This document shows, piece after piece, positions 1 to 9,860 of a stretch of DNA of 64,000 nucleotides. Where the stretch lies: contig CM082585.2 of assembly GCA_040954595.2 (NCBI GenBank), positions 11,327,451 to 11,391,450 on the forward strand, read 5' to 3'. The translations under genes were made by a program, and so were the position numbers. How positions within the stretch are numbered: the first letter of the stretch is position 1; each line of letters opens with the position of its first letter. The DNA is from Balanoglossus misakiensis (lineage: Eukaryota > Animalia > Hemichordata). The notes beneath the pieces were generated by a model. That model worked only from the letters and a program-made list of their open reading frames with translations, had not been told where the DNA came from and searched no databases.

Positions 1-2807
1 ATGAAAATCATCCAAAAATGAGAATTTTTCGACTTTGCGGAATTTCAAAATTTGGCCGATTTTTGAAAAAAATCATGGGTTATAGCTCATGAAAATCATC
101 CAAAAATGAGAATTTTTCGACTTTGCGGAATTTCAAAATTTGGCCGATTTTTGAAAAAATCATGGGTTATAAGAGATACACATCTCGTGAGAGTGTATGA
201 AAATCATCCAAAAATGAGAATTTTTCGACTTTGCGGAATTTCAAAATTTGGCCGATTTTTGAAAAAATCATGGGTTATAGCTCATGAAAATCATCCAAAA
301 ATGAGAATTTTTCGACTTTGCGGAATTTCAAAATTTGGCCGATTTTTGAAAAAATCATGGGTTATAGCTCATGAAAATCATCCAAAAATGAGAATTTTTC
401 GACTTTGCGGAATTTCAAAATTTGGCCGATTTTTGAAAAAATCATGGGTTATAGCTCATGAAAATCATCCAAAAATGAGAATTTTTCGACTTTGCGGAAT
501 TTCAAAATTTGGCCGATTTTTGAAAAAATCATGGGTTATAGCTCATGAAAATCATCCAAAAATGAGAATTTTTCGACTTTGCGGAATTTCAAAATTTGGC
601 CGATTTTTGAAAAAATCATGGGTTATAGCTCATGAAAATCATCCAAAAATGAGAATTTTTCGACTTTGCGGAATTTCAAAATTTGGCCGATTTTTGAAAA
701 AATCATGGGTTATAGCTCATGAAAATCATCCAAAAATGAGAATTTTTCGACTTTGCGGAATTTCAAAATTTGGCCGATTTTTGAAAAAATCATGGGTTAT
801 AGCTCATGAAAATCATCCAAAAATGAGAATTTTTCGACTTTGCGGAATTTCAAAATTTGGCCGATTTTTGAAAAAATCATGGGTTATAGCTCATGAAAAT
901 CATCCAAAAAAGAGAATTTTTCGACTTTGCGGAATTTCAAAATTTGGCCGATTTTTGAAAAAATCATGGGTTATAGCTCATGAAAATCATCCAAAAATGA
1001 GAATTTTTCGACTTTGCGGAATTTCAAAATTTGGCCGATTTTTGAAAAAATCATGGGTTATAGCTCATGAAAATCATCCAAAAATGAGAATTTTTCGACT
1101 TTGCGGAATTTCAAAATTTGGCCGATTTTTGAAAAAATCATGGGTTATAGCTCATGAAAATCATCCAAAAAAGAGAATTTTTCGACTTTGCGGAATTTCA
1201 AAATTTGGCCGATTTTTGAAAAAATCATGGGTTATAGCTCATGAAAATCATCCAAAAATGAGAATTTTTCGACTTTGCGGAATTTCAAAATTTGGCCGAT
1301 TTTTGAAAAAATCATGGGTTATAGCTCATGAAAATCATCCAAAAAAGAGAATTTTTCGACTTTGCGGAATTTCAAAATTTGGCCGATTTTTGAAAAAATC
1401 ATGGGTTATAGCTCATGAAAATCATCCAAAAATGAGAATTTTTCGACTTTGCGGAATTTCAAAATTTGGCCGATTTTTGAAAAAATCATGGGTTATAGCT
1501 CATGAAAATCATCCAAAAATGAGAATTTTTCGACTTTGCGGAATTTCAAAATTTGGCCGATTTTTGAAAAAATCATGGGTTATAGCTCATGAAAATCATC
1601 CAAAAATGAGAATTTTTCGACTTTGCGGAATTTCAAAATTTGGCCGATTTTTGAAAAAATCATGGGTTATAGCTCATGAAAATCATCCAAAAATGAGAAT
1701 TTTTCGACTTTGCGGAATTTCAAAATTTGGCCGATTTTTGAAAAAATCATGGGTTATAGCTCATGAAAATCATCCAAAAATGAGAATTTTTCGACTTTGC
1801 GGAATTTCAAAATTTGGCCGATTTTTGAAAAAATCATGGGTTATAGCTCATGAAAATCATCCAAAAATGAGAATTTTTCGACTTTGCGGAATTTCAAAAT
1901 TTGGCCGATTTTTGAAAAAATCATGGGTTATAGCTCATGAAAATCATCCAAAAATGAGAATTTTTCGACTTTGCGGAATTTCAAAATTTGGCCGATTTTT
2001 GAAAAAATCATGGGTTATAGCTCATGAAAATCATCCAAAAAAGAGAATTTTTCGACTTTGCGGAATTTCAAAATTTGGCCGATTTTTGAAAAAAATCATG
2101 GGTTATAGCTCATGAAAATCATCCAAAAATGAGAATTTTTCGACTTTGCGGAATTTCAAAATTTGGCCGATTTTTGAAAAAATCATGGGTTATAGCTCAT
2201 GAAAATCATCCAAAAATGAGAATTTTTCGACTTTGCGGAATTTCAAAATTTGGCAGATTTTTGAAAAAATCATGGGTTATAGCTCATGAAAATCATCCAA
2301 AAATGAGAATTTTTCGACTTTGCGGAATTTCAAAATTTGGCCGATTTTTGAAAAAATCATGGGTTATAGCTCATGAAAATCATCCAAAAAAGAGAATTTT
2401 TCGACTTTGCGGAATTTCAAAATTTGGCCGATTTTTGAAAAAATCATGGGTTATAGCTCATGAAAATCATCCAAAAATGAGAATTTTTCGACTTTGCGGA
2501 ATTTCAAAATTTGGCCGATTTTTGAAAAAATCATGGGTTATAGCTCATGAAAATCATCCAAAAATGAGAATTTTTCGACTTTGCGGAATTTCAAAATTTG
2601 GCCGATTTTTGAAAAAATCATGGGTTATAGCTCATGAAAATCATCCAAAAATGAGAATTTTTCGACTTTGCGGAATTTCAAAATTTGGCCGATTTTTGAA
2701 AAAATCATGGGTTATAGCTCATGAAAATCATCCAAAAATGAGAATTTTTCGACTTTGCGGAATTTCAAAGTTTGGCCGATTTTTGAAAAAATCATGGGTT
2801 ATAGCTC
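1..2807. repeat. Tandem satellite, subtype 1 (87-bp unit, about 32 copies; runs off the window start)
   Basis: Unit ATGAAAATCATCCAAAAATGAGAATTTTTCGACTTTGCGGAATTTCAAAATTTGGCCGATTTTTGAAAAAATCATGGGTTATAGCTC repeats almost perfectly. Variants are a recurrent T>A change, two 1-bp A-tract insertions, two isolated substitutions and a foreign insert at 172-196. Confidence 0.98.
172..194 (+). other. Probable sequencing-adapter remnant (end of PacBio SMRTbell adapter + 16-nt barcode + T)
   Basis: AGAGAT (172-177) + ACACATCTCGTGAGAG (178-193) + T interrupts an otherwise perfect satellite unit. From memory the 16-mer is PacBio barcode bc1003, and the SMRTbell adapter ends ...AGAGAGAT. Confidence 0.85.
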
Positions 2808-5800
2808 ATGAAAATCATCCAGAAATGTCAATTTTTCGACCTCGCGAAATTTCAAAAATTGGTCATTTTTTGATAAAAACCATGGGTTATAGCTCATGAA
2901 AATCATCCAGAAATGTCAATTTTTCGACCTCGCGAAATTTCAAAATTTGGTCATTTTTTGATAAAAACCATGGGTTATAGCTCATGAAAATCATCCAGAA
3001 ATGTCAATTTTTCGACCTCGCGAAATTTCAAAATTTGGTCATTTTTTGATAAAAACCATGGGTTATAGCTCATGAAAATCATCCAGAAATGTCAATTTTT
3101 CGACCTCGCGAAATTTCAAAATTTGGTCATTTTTTGATAAAAACCATGGGTTATAGCTCATGAAAATCATCCAGAAATGTCAATTTTTCGACCTCGCGAA
3201 ATTTCAAAATTTGGTCATTTTTTGATAAAAACCATGGGTTATAGCTCATGAAAATCATCCAGAAATGTCAATTTTTCGACCTCGCGAAATTTCAAAATTT
3301 GGTCATTTTTTGATAAAAACCATGGGTTATAGCTCATGAAAATCATCCAGAAATGTCAATTTTTCGACCTCGCGAAATTTCAAAATTTGGTCATTTTTTG
3401 ATAAAAACCATGGGTTATAGCTCATGAAAATCATCCAGAAATGTCAATTTTTCGACCTCGCGAAATTTCAAAATTTGGTCATTTTTTGATAAAAACCATG
3501 GGTTATAGCTCATGAAAATCATCCAGAAATGTCACTTTTTCGACTTCGCGAAATTTCAAAATTTGGTCATTTTTTGATAAAAACCATGGGTTATAGCTCA
3601 TGAAAATCATCCAGAAATGTCAATTTTTCGACTTCGCGAAATTTCAAAATTTGGTCATTTTTTGATAAAAACCATGGGTTATAGCTCATGAAAATCATCC
3701 AGAAATGTCAATTTTTCGACCTCGCGAAATTTCAAAATTTGGTCATTTTTTGATAAAAACCATGGGTTATAGCTCATGAAAATCATCCAGAAATGTCAAT
3801 TTTTCGACCTCGCGAAATTTCAAAATTTGGTCATTTTTTGATAAAAACCATGGGTTATAGCTCATGAAAATCATCCAGAAATGTCAATTTTTCGACCTCG
3901 CGAAATTTCAAAATTTGGTCATTTTTTGATAAAAACCATGGGTTATAGCTCATGAAAATCATCCAGAAATGTCAATTTTTCGACCTCGCGAAATTTCAAA
4001 ATTTGGTCATTTTTTGATAAAAACCATGGGTTATAGCTCATGAAAATCATCCAGAAATGTCAATTTTTCGACCTCGCGAAATTTCAAAAATTGGTCATTT
4101 TTTGATAAAAACCATGGGTTATAGCTCATGAAAATCATCCAGAAATGTCAATTTTTCGACCTCGCGAAATTTCAAAAATTGGTCATTTTTTGATAAAAAC
4201 CATGGGTTATAGCTCATGAAAATCATCCAGAAATGTCAATTTTTCGACCTCGCGAAATTTCAAAATTTGGTCATTTTTTGATAAAAACCATGGGTTATAG
4301 CTCATGAAAATCATCCAGAAATGTCAATTTTTCGACCTCGCGAAATTTCAAAATTTGGTCATTTTTTGATAAAAACCATGGGTTATAGCTCATAAAAATC
4401 ATCCAGAAATGTCAATTTTTCGACCTCGCGAAATTTCAAAATTTGGTCATTTTTTGATAAAAACCATGGGTTATAGCTCATGAAAATCATCCAGAAATGT
4501 CAATTTTTCGACCTCGCGAAATTTCAAAATTTGGTCATTTTTTGATAAAAACCATGGGTTATAGCTCATGAAAATCATCCAGAAATGTCAATTTTTCGAC
4601 CTCGCGAAATTTCAAAATTTGGTCATTTTTTGATAAAAACCATGGGTTATAGCTCATGAAAATCATCCAGAAATGTCAATTTTTCGACCTCGCGAAATTT
4701 CAAAATTTGGTCATTTTTTGATAAAAACCATGGGTTATAGCTCATGAAAATCATCCAGAAATGTCACTTTTTCGACTTCGCGAAATTTCAAAATTTGGTC
4801 ATTTTTTGATAAAAACCATGGGTTATAGCTCATGAAAATCATCCAGAAATGTCAATTTTTCGACTTCGCGAAATTTCAAAATTTGGTCATTTTTTGATAA
4901 AAACCATGGGTTATAGCTCATGAAAATCATCCAGAAATGTCAATTTTTCGACCTCGCGAAATTTCAAAATTTGGTCATTTTTTGATAAAAACCATGGGTT
5001 ATAGCTCATGAAAATCATCCAGAAATGTCAATTTTTCGACCTCGCGAAATTTCAAAATTTCGTCATTTTTTGATAAAAACCATGGGTTATAGCTCATGAA
5101 AATCATCCAGAAATGTCACTTTTTCGACTTCGCGAAATTTCAAAATTTGGTCATTTTTTGATAAAAACCATGGGTTATAGCTCATGAAAATCATCCAGAA
5201 ATGTCAATTTTTCGACTTCGCGAAATTTCAAAATTTGGTCATTTTTTGATAAAAACCATGGGTTATAGCTCATGAAAATCATCCAGAAATGTCAATTTTT
5301 CGACCTCGCGAAATTTCAAAATTTGGTCATTTTTTGATAAAAACCATGGGTTATAGCTCATGAAAATCATCCAGAAATGTCTATTTTTCGACCTCGCGAA
5401 ATTTCAAAATTTGGTCATTTTTTGATAAAAACCATGGGTTATAGCTCATGAAAATCATCCAGAAATGTCAATTTTTCGACTTCGCGAAATTTCAAAATTT
5501 GGTCATTTTTTGATAAAAACCATGGGTTATAGCTCATGAAAATCATCCAGAAATGTCAATTTTTCGACTTCGCGAAATTTCAAAATTTGGTCATTTTCTG
5601 ATAAAAACCATGGGTTATAGCTCATGAAAATCATCCAGAAATGTCAATTTTTCGACTTCGCGAAATTTCAAAATTTGGTCATTTTTTGATAAAAACTATG
5701 GGTTATAGCTCATGAAAATCATCCAGAAATGTCAGTTTTTCGACTTCGCGAAATTTCAAAATTTGGTCATTTTTTGATAAAAACAATGGGTTATAGCTCA

Positions 5801-6327
5801 TGAAAATCATCCAGAAATGTCAGTTTTTCGACTTCGCGAAATTTCAAAATTAGGTCATTTTTTGATAAAAAACCATGGGTTATAGCTCATGAAAATCATC
5901 CAGAAATGTCAATTTTTCGACTTCGCGAAATTTCAAAATTTGGTCATTTTTTGATAAAAACCATGGGTTATAGCTCATGAAAATCATCCAGAAATGTCAG
6001 TTTTTCGACTTCGCGAAATTTCAAAATTTGGTCATTTTTGATAAAAACCATGGGTTATAGCTTATGAAAATCATCCAGAAATGTCAGTTTTTCGACTTCG
6101 CGAAATTTCAAAATTTGGTCATTTTTTGATAAAAACCATGGGTTATAGCTCATGAAAATCATCCAGAAATGTCACATTTTCGACTTCGCGAAATTTCAAA
6201 ATTTGGTCATTTTTTGATAAAAACCATGGGTTATAGCTCATGAAAATCATCCAGAAATGTCAATTTTTCGACTTCGCGAAATTTCAAAATTTGGTCATTT
6301 TTTGATAAAAACCATGGGTTATAGCTC
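2808..6327. repeat. Tandem satellite, subtype 2 (88-bp unit, 40 copies)
   Basis: Unit ATGAAAATCATCCAGAAATGTCAATTTTTCGACCTCGCGAAATTTCAAAATTTGGTCATTTTTTGATAAAAACCATGGGTTATAGCTC; 3520 bp / 88 = 40. Clearly homologous to subtype 1; point variants increase after ~5380. Confidence 0.98.
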
Positions 6328-6365
6328 ATGAAAATCATCAAAAAATGACGATTTTTAGACTTTGC
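6328..6365. repeat. Degenerate terminal partial satellite unit, subtype-1-like
   Basis: ATGAAAATCATCAAAAAATGACGATTTTTAGACTTTGC matches the start of subtype 1 (4 mismatches in 38 bp), not subtype 2. Confidence 0.8.
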
Positions 6366-6445
6366 TTTTGAGTATCCAATCAAATGTGATGTGTGGCAAC
6401 ATCAACCTTTCCACACACAAAGAAAAGAATTACCACACGAAGAGT

Positions 6446-6456
6446 TTTATTTTATT
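6446..6456 (-). terminator. Putative polyadenylation signal of MPDU1 copy A
   Basis: Overlapping AATAAAATAAA on the minus strand ~225 nt after the stop codon, followed by a GT/T-rich tract (TCGTGTGGTAATTCTTTTCTTTGTGTGTGG). Confidence 0.6.
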
Positions 6457-6680
6457 AACATAAAGAAATTGTACAAGTCGTAGTTCTGTCCTTCGTGTTT
6501 GTAGGAGTACTCTCGCGTAAATCAGCAATATCAGCAAGTTCACCATCACTGCTTGTAATTATTTTTTTTTCTCTAGTCGGCATTTATGCTATTAAAGTTT
6601 TCCATCGCGTCATGTATTTTACAGATTTTTACAAAATGGCGCCGAATGCATCTTTGCCCAACTTGTACTTGAACCTAAGC

Positions 6681-6902
6681 CTACGCTTTCTTGGGCTTCA
6701 CGTTCCAGTAATACAAAATCTGAAAAGTTATGATTCCGCTGCAGGTACTGGATACTGAATTGGAAGCGATCAGGAAAGGGTCTCCAGTTTCTTGAATGGA
6801 TGTGAAAATCCTGGCGATGGACCCCAGGAATAACATGAGGAAAGTGGCAAAGGATAACTGGCCAGTGTGTCCATTACTGTAGTTGGTGTAGGCTTGGGTC
6901 AT
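6681..6902 (-). CDS. MPDU1: MPDU1 copy A exon 5 ([17 protein letters not shown]...YWNVKPKKA*)
   Basis: Acceptor TATTTTAG|; 222 nt to the TAG stop; equals ORF 6681..6902. Confidence 0.95.
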   Translation of the reverse strand: MTQAYTNYSNGHTGQLSFATFLMLFLGSIARIFTSIQETGDPFLIASNSVSSTCSGIITFQILYYWNVKPKKA

Positions 6903-8743
6903 CTAAAATATGAATCCATAATATTCTATGTTACGGATCATAACGTATCATATCATCTGGTATTTGATCAACAGCCCAGCATAGATGACGAGTTTGTAAA
7001 CATCCAAAGCAAATATGGAACCTGTCTTCATAAGACATAACCTAAAAAACGTGTGTACTAGGGCCACTATCCATTGCCTCTTGTTTCAAAACCCACAATG
7101 ACGTTGTCGGGAAAAAAAATCTTGGAAGAATGCGATAAACATCCCACTTACTCGTCCACTGATAACGAATACGATGTTCATTGATTGGAGAAAGGCCAAC
7201 ACTTGAATTGGTACAACTCCGGAGAGTAAAATATACATGGCGGTCAAATAGGTCACCAGGAAAGCCAATGCTTTGGTCGATTTACCGGAAAACATTAAGC
7301 ACAGTAGACCAACCAGCCAAGTCTGGGTAGCTAGGAAAGAACTTTCTCCCCATGCTCTGGAAAAAAGTCATAAAGGGTATATTACACCCAGCCTTAAGAC
7401 TTGAAACAAAGTATTTTTGATGACCCCTGCAAGAGGGCGCCTGTGATAATTTCGTGCTCTTTGGATCTTCTCTACGCGCTACGGGGAACGTTTTGTAATA
7501 CATGATTTGTAATGGTTGGACTTACACAAAGGGGAAACCGTTGGCAAAGCTATATGACCACAGTATTGAACTTGCCGACAACTCAAGGATGACACTGACA
7601 AGACTGATGCCCAACCCGCTCCTCGCTGTTATAATTTTCAAGATTTGTGGCAGTTTCACTGAGAGAGAGAGACAGAGAGAGCATGGACAGACAGACAGAA
7701 AGACAGACAGACAGGGGAAAAAGAGAGTTAATAGTTGTCAAACAGTCGACAGAATTGTAGCGATGATTGGTAGAACAAAACGATTTATTTTGCAACAAAA
7801 TTGAAAGTTTCGAAAAGTAACTGTCAATGATTAAGTTACCTCGTCCCGTTTTGATTTGCTAGTAAGATCCAACATCCTTACGTATTATGGATTTCCTAAC
7901 CATTGATAAGAGAGTCTCGTCGATCATACAACTTTTCACCATGCCAGCACAAAGATTTTCAAAACTGTTTGGTTTCTAGTTAAATCCACTGAATAGTGTA
8001 TACTTACCAATCAGCGATCCAACTATGATAACGCTGCCAAGAGTTTTACTCAATGCCGACTTCAAACATGGAGCTGTAGGCGATGTAAAAAAAATCAAGG
8101 TTCTGGGCCGGACAAAAATGTGTGTGTACAAAGGCTATTCAGATACATAAATATGAACACCTCCAATATTACTCTCGATAATTAATTTTCTAACTTGGGT
8201 GGATCAACACGGCGGATGTTGTATTAAATGCAGGGAAATCGCAGGTCTTTCCGACTCATTGATGTGTATGATGTGTATGTGGGATATAAAATAATGAAAG
8301 ACCCCTCAACAGCGCCCTCAATAATTCTTTCGTTTCTACAACGGAGGACGTGTCTCCAATATATACAGACTTAGTCCAGAACCAAGTAGCTTTCGGTTTT
8401 TTTCGCTTTTGCGTGTAAGAGAGCAAAAGCGAAACCATAGACTATTAAATAGTACAGACACTACCCGAAAAGAAAACTGACAGACACAAAAATTAATGGT
8501 TCCTAACTTCCGTTACGATAACATGCCAAATCATGGCACAAATCGTCAAAACGATGCAGTGGCAAAAGCTACCGGTTTTAAATTTGTAGCGAACATTTTA
8601 ATGCAGTAAGTAAGACAGTAATGGGATATCATTCGTTACTCACCGTGCAGCAAATTAAATTTTACAAAAAATTCGTCGTAACAGTTTTCAGAGAGAAGAA
8701 GCTGACCAGCTCTTCGAACCCAAGTGCTATCGGCGGCCGCCAT
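6681..8743 (-). CDS. MPDU1: Mannose-P-dolichol utilization defect 1 protein (PQ-loop family), copy A; 5 exons, 241 aa, intact
   Basis: join complement(8644..8743, 8008..8073, 7526..7658, 7152..7356, 6681..6902) = 726 nt; all introns GT-AG with consistent phases (1,1,2,0). Diagnostic MPDU1 motifs: [54 protein letters not shown]; C-terminal KPKKA. Confidence 0.95.
7152..7356 (-). CDS. MPDU1: MPDU1 copy A exon 4 ([16 protein letters not shown]...NIVFVISGR)
   Basis: Acceptor TTTTTTCCAG|, donor CGA|GTAAGT; 205 nt, same length as copy B exon 4. Confidence 0.92.
7526..7658 (-). CDS. MPDU1: MPDU1 copy A exon 3 ([44 protein letters not shown])
   Basis: Acceptor TCTCTCAG|, donor GT|GTAAGT; 133 nt; contains the PQ motif. 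Confidence 0.92.
7661..7713. repeat. (GA)n/(GACA)n microsatellite forming the polypyrimidine tract of copy A intron 2
   Basis: Reads TCTG/TC repeats on the minus strand right up to the exon 3 acceptor AG. Confidence 0.85.
8008..8073 (-). CDS. MPDU1: MPDU1 copy A exon 2 ([22 protein letters not shown])
   Basis: Acceptor CCTACAG|, donor G|GTAAGT; 66 nt, same length as copy B exon 2. Confidence 0.92.
8644..8743 (-). CDS. MPDU1: MPDU1 copy A exon 1 ([33 protein letters not shown])
   Basis: ATG in CAAGATGGCGGC context; donor G|GTGAGT; 100 nt. Confidence 0.92.
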
Positions 8744-9237
8744 CTTGTTGTAGTGTAAAGTTCAAAGGTCGTTTGAGGTCATACTGAATAAAAGTTTAAC
8801 AAAGACACAAAACGATGTTTTTAATATTAACACAATCATTTCGACAGGTACTGTTTTGTGGGTCAATCATGTTGACTTGTAGCCTCTGCCTACAGGATGA
8901 TTAAAAGATAAATCTGGAAGGAAAATCGGTTATTTGTGACGAACTTCTGGCAGCTTTTATTTTGCTCTAAACTTTTGTTTGAACTTAAAGTCAAGTTATT
9001 GCTTGAGATTGCTTTTCAGAAAATACTTAATTTCCTTCTGGTGAATATAGTTTGTGAAAAACTGCCCACTTTCATGACCTCACAGTGTGAAGTTCAAACT
9101 ATAAATTCTTTGCCATATATTCACTCCTCCACGTTTACGTTTATAGCTAAAGGAAATCAGTGTTACAGAATGCTGTGGATTCAAACTTCCACTGAGTAAC
9201 AAGACAAACAAGAAAATTAAAATAAAAGTTACACATT

Positions 9238-9243
9238 TTTATT
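9238..9243 (-). terminator. Putative polyadenylation signal of MPDU1 copy B
   Basis: AATAAA on the minus strand ~400 nt after the stop, followed by T/GT-rich TTTTATTTTAATTTTCTTGTTTGTCTTG. Confidence 0.55.
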
Positions 9244-9638
9244 ATCTGTGAAAATATGTGCATTTACAATCTGTTAGCAACTTAATCACTTTTTATATCT
9301 CATTCAAGTTGACAGTGTAATCACTTTGAAAAGACATGCCAAAAGCATTAGGCTCATTTGTAAAATTGAAAGTAAACCATTACATTGGTAGATATTAAGA
9401 ATTGTAATTTCCAAGGCTGTTGACACTACAATGCACATCATATCGTAAAACTCTGCCAAATGTCACATAGTGCAAATAAGTAAAATTGCGTGCAATAAGA
9501 GAGACCTTTCCAGAATGTACTTGAAGATTTTTAAATTATAGAATGATGTAAGACATCTCATTATAAATCACTTTAGCTCTCTTGTGTAAAACTGAATAGC
9601 TTGACTGCTGTGATCTGTGACCCTACAAAACCCACCGG

Positions 9639-9860
9639 CTACTCTTTCTTTGTTTTGGCCCCAGAGTAGTAAATGATCTGGCCGAAGATAATTCCGTTAC
9701 AAGTGGTGGAGATGATATAAGTAGCAATCATGAACGGATCTCCAGTTTCCTGGATGGATGTGAATATCCTGGCAATGGATCCGAGGAACAGCATCAGAAA
9801 TGTTATGGAAGATAGTTGGCCAGTGTTACCAGCGCTGAAGTTCGAATATGCCTGCATCAT
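9639..9860 (-). CDS. MPDU1: MPDU1 copy B exon 5 (MMQAYSNFSAGNTGQLS...YYSGAKTKKE*)
   Basis: Acceptor CTCTTCCCAG|; 222 nt to the TAG stop. Confidence 0.95.
   Translation of the reverse strand: MMQAYSNFSAGNTGQLSSITFLMLFLGSIARIFTSIQETGDPFMIATYIISTTCNGIIFGQIIYYSGAKTKKE

Noticed and set aside
106-2899. 669-aa and 256-aa ORFs of a 29-aa repeat (MRIFRLCGISKFGRFLKKSWVIAHENHPK)
   Set aside because: By-product of an 87-bp unit lacking a stop in one frame: almost no synonymous variation, broken by A-tract indels, and lost in the 88-bp subtype.
1-6365. CRISPR-like array, with 172-196 as a spacer
   Set aside because: Units are contiguous with no unique spacers, the context is eukaryotic with spliced genes and no cas genes, and the single insert matches a sequencing adapter.
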